DNA from: the human T2T-CHM13v2.0 reference genome, Homo sapiens
Assembly (NCBI RefSeq): GCF_009914755.1
Contig: NC_060929.1
Reading direction: 5' to 3' (one strand)
Length of the DNA stretch: 64,000 nucleotides
Positions 24,531-61,101 of the stretch are shown one piece after another. Made by a program: the position numbers and the translations under genes. The notes under the pieces are model-generated. The model searched no databases and was not told the origin of the DNA. It worked only from the letters and a program-made list of their open reading frames with translations. Within the stretch, counting starts at the first letter, position 1; every line of letters starts with the position of its first letter.

Positions 24531-25519
24531 TGAGTAGCTGCGGCTACAGGTGTGCGCCACCACACTCGGCTAATTTTTTGTATTTTAGTAGAAACGGAGT
24601 TTCATCATGTTTCCCTGGCTGGTCTCCTGAGCTCAGGCAGTCTACCAGCCTCCCAACGTGCTAGGATTACAGGCGTGAGCCACCCCACCCTGCCCAACGA
24701 CTCACTTAGCTTCAACCTGTCAGACTCAGGCTTCTCCTACCTTAGCCTTCTTAGTATCTGGGACAACAGGTGTGTGCTACCATACCTGGCTAAATTTTTC
24801 TTTTTTTGATTTTTTGTAGAGACAGGATAATTTTTTTTTTTTTTTGTATAGACAGGGTCAGGCTATGTTTATGTTGGCCAGGCTGGGAAATAAGGTCTTA
24901 ATAGAGGAAGTTGAAGATTCCTGGGGGAATAGCATGTAGAGCAGCTATAGAGGGAGAGGGTGCTGATTACTAGCTAAAAGACTTAGAAATTTTTGCAAAC
25001 ATGGACTCATGATAGTTTTTGGGTGATGAGTCTTCTTGTAGGATAGCTTGAAAGAGGAGGAGGAAACTAGAGGCCCTGGTAATATAAGGTAACATTAAGT
25101 ATCCTGATGTCAGTAATGGAGAAGAGTGAAAGACTATGATTGATTGGGTGACTGTGTGGGCAGAGGATGTGAGGAAAAAAGGACATCTTGTGTGTGTGTG
25201 CGCACACATTTTTAGTTGTGTATCTTCTACTTGTTTTCTCCCCCACCTTGTACCTGTACTTTCTCAAGCCCAAAAATGAAAATTTACCTGCTACCAACCA
25301 CATCATCTTGTGCATCTGTGTAGCTCAGTTTTTATTTCTTTAGATCTGTGGTCCTCCGTGGAAAGAGAGCCACTACCCCAAGACACATCTAATATAATAC
25401 ACAGGGCGCTTACGTGGTTAGAAAAGAAGAGATAAGCCGGGTGCGGTGGCTCACTCCTGTAATCCCAGCACTTTGGAAGGCCGAGGCGGGCAGATCACGA
25501 CGTCAAGAGATTGAGACTA

Positions 25520-25711
<192 letters not shown>

Positions 25712-25714
25712 TCA

Positions 25715-25855
<141 letters not shown>

Positions 25856-26870
25856 CTATACTAAAAGTACAAAAATTAGCCGGGCATGGTGGTGGGTGCC
25901 TGTAATCACAGCTACTCAAGAGGCTGAGGTGGGAGAATTACTTGAACCTGGGAGGCGGCGGTTGCAGTGAGCTGAGATGGTGCCACTGCACTCCAGCCTG
26001 GGCGACAGAGGGAGAATCCATCACAAAATAAATAAATAAAATATATAAATTTTAAAAAGTAGCTTGTTCTTAGTTTAATATTCTTTTTGAGTTCTAAAAC
26101 GCTAATTTGAAAACATGTCTATTGATGATATTTGAGCAACCGTATCCATATTAAGCCTTAATATGAGAGGAATTATCTTCTGTGTTAATTTTTTTTTTTG
26201 AGACGAACTCTTGCTCTGTCACGCAGGCTAGAGTGTAGTGGCGTGCTCACTGCAACCTCCACCTCCTGGGTTCAAGCAGTTCTCCTGACTCAGCCTCCCA
26301 AGTAGCTGAGACTACAGGCGCCCGCTATCGCTCCCAGCTAATTTTTGTATTTTTAGTAGAGAAGAGTTTCGCCATGTTGGCCAGGCTGGTTGTGAACTCC
26401 TGACCTAGTGAGCCACCTGCCTCGGCCTCCCAAAGTGCTGGGATTACAGGCGTGAGCCACGGCGCCCGGCCATCTCTGTTATTTCATTGTAATGTTTTAA
26501 CGGGTACCCCCTGTAAATTAGTGTATGAAAGGGCTTTTGTCTGTTGTAAAGCACTTTACAAATGCAAAAGTTTGTTGGAAATTGTATTTGAATGCCCCAC
26601 ATCTGTGTAACCAATCCTCTCTATATGAGGATGTTGTGTATGTTTCAGTTTTATTTTGAAATTTTCCAGAAATGGAATCTTTTAACTGATTTTAGGGAAA
26701 CCCTTTAATCTCTCTAGGCTGCCTTTCTTTATCTATGAAATGAAATAGTAAGTTCTTTTTAGCTCTGCGATTTAAAAGCTTTAATTTTAAATGAGAGAGT
26801 GGTTAGTGATCTTCATGAAGTTTGATAGGTGGCAATACATTTAACTGATTTTGCTCTTTATGTGTAGATC

Positions 26871-49829
<22,959 letters not shown>

Positions 49830-52822
49830 AACAATCTTAAGAGCTTGATCTGTGATTTCTTCTCCCTCCTCCCCTGCAAGAGTGGTCCTAGGAGAGGACC
49901 TGGCACACCTTAGGTTGACATTCAGAAAACTTCAAGACATCACCATCAGCAGGCTCCAGTTGAACACTAGTCTGTGTAACTTTAAACATCTAGCAGTAAA
50001 TACTTGCAGTTGTGATATAAAGGACCCTGTTTCTGTAGAAAAGAAAACATTTAACATAATGGTTGTGAAATGTAACATGAAGCAAACTAACTTTTTTTTT
50101 TTTAACATCTTTGTTTTTAAAATAGAATGATAGAACTTTGCCAGTCTTTAAGATCTTGGCTTAATTTAATGTATTAATCTGTTTGTGCAAACATAATACC
50201 ACCATTTAAAAATGTTAGGGAGATGAGTTGCAGTTTTTATAATAGATTTTTTTTAAAGTTTGGTATTGTAAAACATTCACACCTCTGTCCCTCAAAATTG
50301 ATAATTACGTTTAAAGTGCAGTCATTTGTGGTTAGAATCTTGTTTTGTTTGCTTCCATTATTGAGTTCCTCCTAAGGAAATTGAGGAGAGGGACTGAATA
50401 GAAGCCCAAATTCATATAAAAGTTGCGTTTAAGTTGTATTAAAAATAGATATATAAGAAAAAATTCTTTCACTTGATGTTTGTTAGACCAGAAAGTGTGT
50501 GTGTTCTGTAGCTCAGTTCCCAGACAGCTTTTTAGGTAGTGGAGGAGGTGGCTTCATGTGGCACTTGGGCATTTATATTCCACTTGGGAGGGTCAGGCTG
50601 TGGCCTTCTGGAGCAGGTGGCTTGTTAAGGAATGCTAGCAGGGCATGGCACGTGAGCTCCGGAATAGATGTCTTCATCACTTCTTCCACTGTGTGTTGAC
50701 ACTGTTTTCCTTACCTATTTCCTCAGATCCCCAGCTTTCTCCTCTGCTATGCATTTTCTTCACAGTGCAGCTTGCAGTCCGTTGCTGAAAATGATTATAA
50801 GCCCTGCATAATGTTAAGCTTTATTGTGATTACGTGTATGTTTCTTCTTTCTTTTAAGCAGACCCATACCTTTCCAGGGTCAAAGTACAGAATAGAATAC
50901 ATTGATACAAAGTACAGAAAAATACTTTGATTTTTATCCATTTCTTTTACTCTGTGTAAAGACTTGAGAAGTCTAATTCACAGGCAAACCAATACAGAAT
51001 TGACTGCAGTTGAACAGACTAGAAGTATTTGTGGGAGGAGTGACATGAAGCATGAGTTATCTGATTTTTTTTGTAGCTGCTATATATTTTAAGCCTTCAT
51101 TTGCAATTCATGTAACAGTTGTGTCATAAATTACACAATAAAGCAGTCCTGTTCAAATTTTTTTTTAACGTGGCTTGTAGAATTTTTAAAAAAGTGATCT
51201 TAGGTTTGTTTTTTCATGCGGGATGCAGATGGGTGCTATCAGAGCCTCTCCCACACCACTATAGTGTAATAATGTTATTATTACTCTACACTGAAACGTA
51301 TTCAGAGTTAGATATTATTTTAGCTTCAGTTGTTCTTTAGAGGCTTTCAAATGTACCGATGATACTGTTTCTTGCACTGAATATATAAACACTCCACAGT
51401 GTTTATATTGGGAAGATATTGGGAAGGAAATATATTTGTAAAAGATGAAGGCTGTATCTATTTTTTTTTCTTTTTAAAGTTTGTTCACTTAAATTCTTTT
51501 GAGGATGGGATGTATTTTTCTTGCTGTTCAGTGCTTTTTCCTTTTCATCTGTTGTTCTGTGGTCACAGTGACCTTAGCTACATAGCAGACTTTCCCAAAT
51601 GTATTGATTACAAATAAACAGTTGTTACTTAGCAAGACCTGAAAATATGTCTGCAGGTTTCTCCTTGAAGCAAATGTGTGGGATCATTGCATTTCCAGAA
51701 ATCTGCCTCCTTCACCCTCCGTTGACAGTATATGTCATGCCTCACTTTCTTCTAGCTGAGCTTTAAATCATTAGAGCTTAAATTGTCAGATCGTTCATTG
51801 CCTTTCCAGGGTTATTTAGTAAAGTTTGTTGAAAACAAAAACGCCTTTTCTTGGTTCTTTTTTCAGTTATTTTGAAGGTCCAGCATCCTGATTAAATGTC
51901 TGACACATTAATGAATGACCAGCAGCAGCTTTCAGCTCTTAAAAAGACACTTATATTTTGATTTTACATGCTGGTTACCTGTTCCATTGTTGTCAAATGC
52001 CCACTCTCCATCAGATGTGTTCCTCCATTTTCTTATCCACAAAGTACTCCTCACTTTTCAATTTGTCATGTTACTAAATGGTGTTACATTAAAGCCCTGT
52101 GTTAAGTGTCTGCTTTTGACTGAATTTCTTCATAGTAACCTTCAGTGTGTGTGTGTGACTATGTTCAATTAGTGGGTTGATCTTCGTATAATTGGCCACT
52201 ATGTGAGAGTTCACTACTAGGCAGAAACTATTATGGACAGTGAAATAATGACTTTTATCTCACCACGTGAGTTTGATGCAGTCTTTTCTGTCTAGCCCTT
52301 GCCTCTTCCTGCCCATGTGATTGCGGTGCAGTAGTTTCTGTTGTATAATAGTGTGGACAGCAGCTCAGAAAAGGAGGGAATGCTACTGATAATTTGTAGA
52401 TAATATTCTTTAAGACTTAGGGGAACCATTGAACTTTGAAATTTTTATTAGAAAATTATTTGTTCAGAATCAGACTCCATTATTTTACATATACTTAAAT
52501 ACTTTAGGGGTATTTTTGAAAGTTAGCCCAGTTTTTTATGTGCTATTAAATTTTTAGATTACATACTAAAGAAAAGTATGTACACAGAATGTAGTGCTCC
52601 TAGTTACTATTTTTTCTATTAAGAAATAGTTTAGTTCTGGTGTAAAATTTGTTTGAATGCTAAAAAAAAAAAAGCAGGACTGCATTATGGCACTTTTGCC
52701 TTGGTGGCCCACTTTCTCCATTTAAAACATTAGGATTTGTATTTTTCTGCTGCGTTTGTATGAAGACATATTTGATTGTTGTTTTCTCTTGATTTTAAAA
52801 TAAAACCTCATGAGCCCTAGTA
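49830..52822 (+). other. CANX: CANX 3'UTR (~3 kb, no Alu)
   Basis: AU-rich unique sequence after the stop codon; the end is inferred from the most distal AATAAA. Confidence 0.75.
51137..52804 (+). terminator. CANX: Tandem polyadenylation signals of CANX
   Basis: AATAAA at 51137-51142, 51613-51618 and 52799-52804; ATTAAA at 52088-52093 followed by a GT-rich tract near 52145. Confidence 0.65.
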
Positions 52823-53092
52823 AAAAGCTAGAGTAACGAATGTTTGAACTACTGATGGTGTATCTCAATGTGCAGCCTCCTGCCACCTCCTGCTTAACCT
52901 TTTAGCAATTAGAGTGCCCATATCTAGAGTTCCTGATATCCTTTGGCATCACACTATCTAGTTTTAGTACTAACACTGTTTGATTGCTCCAGTCCCTCTA
53001 CTCCCCTTTGCCTATTAGTTTTAATAATGGGGCATAATTTGTCTTGGTTTGGTTTTGTTGAGTAACTCAGTTTTACCTAAAGGACTGTTTTT

Positions 53093-53325
53093 GGTCCGGC
53101 GCGGCGGCTCACGCCTGTAATCGCGGTACTTTGGCAGGCCGAGGTGGGCGGATCACCTGAGGTCAGGAGTGGGAGACCAGCCTGACCGACATGGAGACAC
53201 CCCGTCTCTACTAAAAATACAAAATTAGCCGCGCGTGGTGGCGCATGCCTGTAATCCCAGCTACTGGAGAGGCTGAGGCAGGAGAATCGCTTGAGCCTGG
53301 AAGGCGGTGGTTGTGGTGAAACGTC
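53093..53325 (+). mobile_element. 3'-truncated, CpG-rich Alu between CANX and MAML1
   Basis: Alu head and linker present; no 3' end or A-tail. Confidence 0.9.
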
Positions 53326-53644
53326 GTCCTTTGCATTTCCAGTTCCCTCTAATGGAGCTGCACTCTTGCATGCTTTTGCTCACATCTTCTGGACTTTTTT
53401 TTTAAGTAGTGAGTAATACTGCACTTTTGAAACTTGCTCGGGCTTTTACAAATAGGTGGAAACTACCAGTGATTCGGAATGTTGCAAGAGGAAACTACCA
53501 GCTCACTAGACGATTCTGACCAATTATGGGGCTGGATACAAGGAATAAGGTCAAAGTAAAACGGCTGACATTAAAATAGCGTGGCTACTTAGAGTTTATC
53601 AAAGTCGAAATTTAAAAAATAATTTAAAAAAAAGGTCTCTGTAC

Positions 53645-54900
53645 TGCCAGGCGGGCGACAGGGACTGGCCAGCTGCGCCGCACTCGCCTGCCAGATTCCC
53701 CTTTTCTCGGGGTAGCCGGAAGGGCCTGCCTTCAGCGGGTGCTGTGCAGGAAACCAATAGCCGCCTCTTGGACGGGCTCCTGTCAGTCACGCTTAGCTCC
53801 GCCCCCAGGATTAAGGCCCGCCCAGGGGCTTCCCTCCGCCCTTCGCTTGAGAATTCCTTTTAAATACCGCTCTGGCGCCCGAGCGCGCCTCTTGCGTGCT
53901 CGTCCCCACGCCCTCGGGCGGCCGGTTCTTCCTTCTCTGATTGGCCAGGGCCCCTGCTCATCAGCCGTGATGCACAAGGTCTCTTACCGAGGCCCCGCCT
54001 TCTTCCGAGAGGCCCGAAAACAATTTTAAGATGGCGGCCGCGGCGGTAGCGCGGAAAACAATGGGGCCGGGGCGGTGGGGAGAGGCCGAGGCTTGAGGTA
54101 GGCAGCAAGCGCCGGCTGGGGGTCGGGCCGAGCGGGGCAGGAGGAAAACCCGCCGCCGCGCGCGAGCCCGCTCCGCTGCCCTCGGGGGCATGGCGCGGCC
54201 GTGAGGCGGAGAGGGGTAGCCGCGGGGAGCGAAGCCCGCAGTGCCAGCCGGCCCCGAGAGGCCCGGCCCCGGGCCCGGCCCGTGCAGCCCGCGGCCCATG
54301 GTGCTGCCCACCTGCCCCATGGCGGAGTTCGCGCTGCCGCGGCACAGCGCGGTCATGGAGCGCCTTCGCCGGCGCATCGAGCTGTGCCGGCGCCACCACA
54401 GCACCTGCGAGGCCCGCTACGAGGCCGTGTCGCCCGAGCGCCTGGAGCTGGAGCGCCAACACACCTTCGCCCTGCACCAGCGCTGCATCCAGGCCAAGGC
54501 CAAGCGCGCCGGGAAGCACAGGCAGCCGCCCGCCGCCACGGCCCCGGCGCCCGCCGCCCCGGCCCCGCGCCTGGACGCCGCTGACGGCCCCGAGCACGGC
54601 CGCCCGGCCACGGTGAGTAGGGCGCGGGAAGGCGCTTGTCGTGGCGGCAGCCCCCTCTCCCGAAAACGCTTCCTCTGACGCGGATCGGGCCGCTGGGAGA
54701 CTTCCCCAGGCGTCCGCGACTCCTGGATCTGGCTGGAGAGAGGGTAACATGGCAGGGAGCTGAGAGGTTGTCATCTTTGGGAAGTGGCACGGTGGCGTTA
54801 CTTTGGGAAAACAGCGCCTTGAGGGCCTTGCAGGAGGCCCGACCTGGGAAGGCTGGCGAACGCTAACCGGAGGGTTTTTCTTCCAGACTTGATTCCGGGA
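53645..54900. promoter_or_regulatory. MAML1: MAML1 CpG-island promoter
   Basis: CpG-dense; CCAAT at 53754, ATTGG at 53940, GC boxes and YY1 consensus AAGATGGCGGC at 54028-54038. Confidence 0.92.
54298..54612 (+). CDS. MAML1: Mastermind-like 1, coding exon 1 (aa 1-105, CSL/NICD-binding helix); gene continues past the window
   Basis: MVLPTCPMAEFALPRHSAVMERLRRRIELCRRHHSTCEARY...GRPAT; donor ACG|GTGAGT at 54613; 315 nt, phase 0. Confidence 0.98.
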
Positions 54901-56221
54901 TGTTGAGATCTTTATTCGAAATAGACTAGCATTCGAGTCGCCTGTGATGGAGGGAGTTCCTGCACCGTAGGCCTGGCCTCATTTATTCTGCAAATGTTTA
55001 TTGGGTCCTTGCCCTTTACAAGATCCTGTGCTGTGAGCAGGATCAGGGCTTTCATGTGGAAATAAGTCGGCCTTTGGTTGACCAACTGAAACTCCTCTGA
55101 ATGGAAAATCAAGAAATTTTTGGAAAACTTAGTAAAATGTTCAATGAGTTGCATATAAGTATTCCTTGTTTAGGTAGCCTGAACTTTGTGAACTTGAGAT
55201 TCCTGCAATATTGTTGACAATTCTAGTTTTAATTTATCAGGCCTGTTTAAAATCTCTGATGATGTTAGATTGTTGGTCAATTATTACTCCCTTTGGGCTC
55301 TCAGTAAATGTTCCTGAAATTTGTTGGTTAGAGGTTTTTCTTCCTGAAACAGATTTACAAAAGAGACAAGGTTTTTCAGTGGTTTTCTTGGGGATTTTAG
55401 TTTAAAACCAATGTTAAAATCTAATTTGTTATGTGTATTTTTAAATTCATACCTTTATTATCTCTCACCTGGGCTATTGCAGTGCCTGTCCCTAGCTAAC
55501 TAACCAGTCTGTAGGCATTTAGTTTCTTTCTCCCTTATTCTCGAAATGCTGGAAATCCTTCTCTTGCTTGAAAGGATGAAGTTCAAAGTCTTTAGTTTGG
55601 CATTTGGGACCAGTCTGACCTAACCTATCTTTTAATGTCCCTCACAGGTCCTCTGCTCTGGTTGAATTATTTTTCTCATTCTCTTCCACACTAGCCTCGA
55701 TTGCTGGGTTAGAAGAAAAAAAACCACTCAGATTTCATTGCTTATTTTATCAACTGGTCAAGCCTTCTCATCTTCACTTTTCTCATCTGTAAACTAGGGG
55801 CATGTTGGGCTTATTATCGCCCCGTGTTCTTTCCCCGCCCTCCCCTCACTCTGTCGCCCAGGCTGGAGTGCAGAGGCACAGTCATGTCTCACTGCAGCCT
55901 CAACCTTCCTGGCTCAAGACTCCTCAATCCTCCCGCCTCAGCCTCCTCAGTCCTCCCGCCTCAGCCTCCTGAGTAACTGGGATCAACCACAGCTGCACAT
56001 CACCATGCCTGGCTAAATAAAAAAAGTTTTTTTTCTGTTAGAGATGGGGTCTCACTATATTGCCTAGGCTGGTCTTGAACTCCTGGGCTCAAGTGATCCT
56101 TTCTTCCAACTTGATCTCTGAAAGTGCTGAGATTATAGGCATGAGCCACCGCACCGTGCCGCCCCCAGGATTCTTTTAAGAATAAAAAGAAATGAGTGTG
56201 GACATGAAAATACAGTATTTC

Positions 56222-56377
56222 GGGGGAAGGGATAGCATTGGGAGATATACCTAATGCTAGATGACGAGTTAGTGGGTGCAGCGCACCAGCATGGCACATG
56301 TATACGTATGTAACTAACCTGCACATTGTACACATGTACCCTAAAACTTAAAGTATGATAATAATAAATAAATAAAT
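56222..56377 (+). mobile_element. Young 5'-truncated L1PA2/PA3-like insertion with a perfect 15-bp TSD
   Basis: L1 3'UTR end gggatagcattgggagatatacctaatgctagatgacGAGttagtggg...ccctaaaacttaaagtat; TSD AAAATACAGTATTTC at 56207-56221 and 56378-56392. GAG rather than ACA/ACG argues against L1HS Ta/pre-Ta. Confidence 0.93.
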
Positions 56378-56592
56378 AAAATACAGTATTTCATAAATTT
56401 AAAGGCCGCCTGTGGGACCCTCCTCCATCCCTTTCAGAATCCTGCCACCCTGCCAGTCCCAGCTTATCTCTTTCTTCTGCCTTAAAGCTAGTTCCTGACC
56501 AGCCTAACCCACAGCAGTAAGAATCTCCTTTGTCAAAACATTTAGGAAACATATTATCTATGCTATTTGTTTTATTTATTTATTTATTTTGA

Positions 56593-56700
<108 letters not shown>

Positions 56701-56873
56701 TAGCTGGGATTACAGGTGCTGGCCACCATGCCCAGCTAATAATTTTTGTATTTTTAGTAGAGATGGGGTTTCACCATGTTGACCAGGCTGGTCTCGAACT
56801 CCTGACCTCAGATAATCCACCCACCTCGGCCTCCCAAAGTGCTGGGATTACAGGTGTGAGCCACTGCACCTAG

Positions 56874-56996
<123 letters not shown>

Positions 56997-57039
56997 TGAG
57001 TAGCTGGGATTACAGGCGCACACTACCACGCTTGGCTTA

Positions 57040-57174
<135 letters not shown>

Positions 57175-57390
57175 CTATTTATTTTTAGCACATGGTCACT
57201 TGTTACTTTAGGTCGCATCTTTTCAACTAGACTGTCAGCTCTTGGAGGCAGGGAGGGCTCACACTTGGGTAGTACACATCTGAGGTGCATCTTAAGTGCC
57301 TGTTTGTTGAGTTATTGATAGAAACTTGGTAGTGCTTTACTCAGTAATCTCTCCTCCTATACACTAACTTCAAAAAGCAAGTTGATGTAA

Positions 57391-57672
<282 letters not shown>

Positions 57673-58000
57673 TGATCCTCCCGCACTGGCCTCCCAAAGT
57701 GCTGGGATTACAGGCATGAGCCGCCACGCTTGGCCTGTGTAAGGAAGGACTTTTAAGAGTAGTTCGTGGTCATTGCAATTGAAGTAAATAATGAAAGCTC
57801 ATAAAAATCATAGTTTAATACACAAATAGTTGCCTTGAATCCTCCCTAGAAAGTATATTAGGGGGGCCGGGAGCAGTGGTTGACTCCTGTAATCCCAGCA
57901 CTTTGGGAGGCAGAGGTGGGTGGATCGCCTGAGGTCAGGAGTTCGAGACCAGCCTGGCTAACATGGTGAAACCCCGTCTCTACTAAAAATACAAAAATTA

Positions 58001-58183
<183 letters not shown>

Positions 58184-59930
58184 TCAATTTTTGTTTAAAG
58201 TTGTTCTAAGAATTTAGACCCTGTATGATTTTTTTTAGTCCTGAGTCAGTGGGGGAAACTGGGCATGCTGTTTGAAGAGAAATTAATTCTGAGTGTGTTA
58301 GAATTTGAATCTAATTTGTCAGTCATTCCTTTTGATATCAGAGCTTAATCAGATGTGCCATGTTAAGGTGATGTCTTTTTATCACATTAAACCTTGACTT
58401 ATGGATTTCTTGAGTTTAAACTCTACGGTGGATGTGCTTTTCTGTGTCTCTGCTAGGAAGAGGGACGCTTTGCATTTGGACTCCAAGTTAGTCTAGCTGA
58501 GCTCTTTGGCCTTGGAATGGGGTCATCGGAACAGAAGATAAGTATCATTAAGAAAACAGTGGCTCCTTCAATTCAGGGGGGAAGAGAGTCCTTGAGTATG
58601 TACGATTTTGGCTTGGAGAAAACAGCTTTGCAGAAAGAGATGGAAAGAAGGTACCTCTTAGTCATTGTTATTTTTGACAACTCCATGTATTTGATCTCAT
58701 TAATATTTCTTACTTAAGGAATATTATAAGTTCTTAAGTTTTTTCCAAGTGAACTATATACTGTTTGGCAGTCATTTCATAGTTACTTCACCAGCAACCC
58801 ATTTGTATGACTGAGAAGGGATCAGATTTACTGCTAGAGTTTACTTCACTTCAGATTATTGTTTTCTTAGGATATCCCACCACAGCGAAGTCTTAGCCAC
58901 TATCTGCTTAGTCTGTTAGAGATGAATCAGAAACACTGTTTCAGGCTTTTTCTCTATTCTAATTTTCAAGGAATGAGTCTATTAGGTTTTCATTTCTTTT
59001 CCTTTTTTCTTGAAACAGGGTCTGGCTCTATCACCCAGTGGCGCGATCGTGGGGCACTACAGCCTTGAACTGCTGGGCTCCAGGGGTCCTCCCACCTCAG
59101 CCTCCTGAGTAGCTGGGACTACAGGTGTGCACCACCGCACCCGGCTAGGTTTTAAAGTTTTTTGTAGAGATGGGTGTGAGCCACCTTGCCTGGCCGAAAG
59201 TTGATTTTCTTACTTAGTTTTAGGTGTGTGAAGTTTCTTTCTCTCTTTTTTAACCTTTTATTTGTAAATAATGTCAAACTTAGAGAAAAGCTCTAAGTTT
59301 GGTACAAAGAACATCTGGTTACCTAGATTTACCTGTTGTCACTGTTGTGCCCCATTTGTTATCATTTGCACATTCTCTCTCTCCCACTCTCTGCCTCTTT
59401 CTCTCTCTCTCAGACTTTTATTCTCTGAACCACCTGAGAGTATGCTGCACACCTCATAGCTCTCTGCTGCCAAACCACCCCATGTGTACCTTTTAAGAGT
59501 TAAGAAAGCTGTTAATTTTGTAGACCAAACTCTTGTAAGAATTATGAAATAACAAATTATTTCCAGGAAGTAGATATTTCTGAATATAAAACAGATACTG
59601 TACTGTAATCATGTGGGGCATTAGTTTTTTTAAAAAGATGATCAGTGTGGCTTTAGGATCTCATTTCTTCCTGTAATGCCTGAGACCTTGTCTAGAACCC
59701 TCTTTCCTTTTTTGTCTTCAGTATCTCCCTTCCCAACTGAGTCTTTCCCTTCAGCTTGAAATTATGAACAAATATTCTCCACACTGACAAGTCCTGTGTT
59801 TTCTCACTGTCAAAATAGTATTCCATATTCTTCTTTCCCTTTGCCCTTCCCACTTGAACTTCTCATTTACTCATTAGCCTATGGTAATATGCCTTCTACC
59901 TCTTCTATTACTCTGAAGTTGCCTCCGTAA

Positions 59931-60158
<228 letters not shown>

Positions 60159-60295
60159 TGACTTCTTCCTTTTCTTAGCTTCTCCTCTCTTCTGATTTCC
60201 TTTTCAGCTTTCTGACTTTTTTTCTCAGTCTCCTTACTATTTTCCCTTATTAATTCATGCAGCAAATATTTGAGCACCTGCTGTGGGCCAGAGTA

Positions 60296-61101
60296 CAATC
60301 AGCCCTCCGTATCTGCGCATTCTGCATCTGCGGATTCAACCAACTGTAGATAGAAAATATTTTTTGGAAAAAAAAGTAAAAAAATAACAGTACAACAATT
60401 AACACAAATTATAATATGCAGCTCAGCATGGTGGCTCATGCCTGTAATCTCAGAACTTTTGGGAAGCTGTGGTGGGAGGATAGCTTGAGCTCAGGAGTTT
60501 TAGACCAGGCTTAGCAATATAACAAGACTCCATCTCTCAAATAGAATAGAATAGAACGGAACGGAACGGAATAGAATAGAATAGAAAAATAAAAATAAAA
60601 ATATAGCTGGGTATGGTGGCTCACACCTGTAATTCCAGCACTTCAGGAGGCCAAAGCTGGTGGATTTCTTGAGCCCAGGAGTTCAAGACCAGCCTGAGCA
60701 GCATAGTGAGATGTCATCTCTATAAAAGCATGGTGGCATGCATCTGTATTCTCAGCTCCTCGGGAGACCGAAGTAGGAGGATTGCGTGGGACCGGGAGGT
60801 AAAGGCTGCAGCGAGCTATGATTGCGCCACTGCACCTTAGCCCCTGGGTGACATCCAAACCCTGCATCAAAAATAAATAAAAAATAAAAATATGACAACA
60901 TTTACATAGCATTTCTATCATACGAAGTATTGTAAGTAATCTAGAGGTGATTTAAAGTATCCTGGAAGATGTGTATATATTATTGCAAATACTAGGCCAT
61001 TTTATGTAAGGGACTTGAGCATCCTTGGATTTTGGTGTCCCGGCGAGGCTGGGCAGGGGTCTTAGAACCAATTCCCCATGGACACCAAGGGAACTGCTGT
61101 G
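60296..61101 (-). mobile_element. MER2 (Tigger family) element split by Alus
   Basis: ccctccgtatctgcgc...gcggattcaaccaac at the left end and aagggacttgagcatcc...gaaccaattccccatggacaccaaggga at the right end. Confidence 0.75.
60540..60586. repeat. Compound (AATAG)n/(AACGG)n microsatellite in an Alu tail
   Basis: aatagaatagaatagaacggaacggaacggaatagaatagaatag. Confidence 0.9.

Noticed and set aside
52662-52673. A-run in the distal CANX 3'UTR as a polyA site
   Set aside because: Genomic A tract with no hexamer at canonical distance; more likely an internal-priming artefact source.
53860-54774. 304-aa minus-strand ORF and other overlapping ORFs at MAML1 exon 1
   Set aside because: Low-complexity A/G/R/P frames are expected in a GC-rich island antisense to a real CDS; no recognisable domain.
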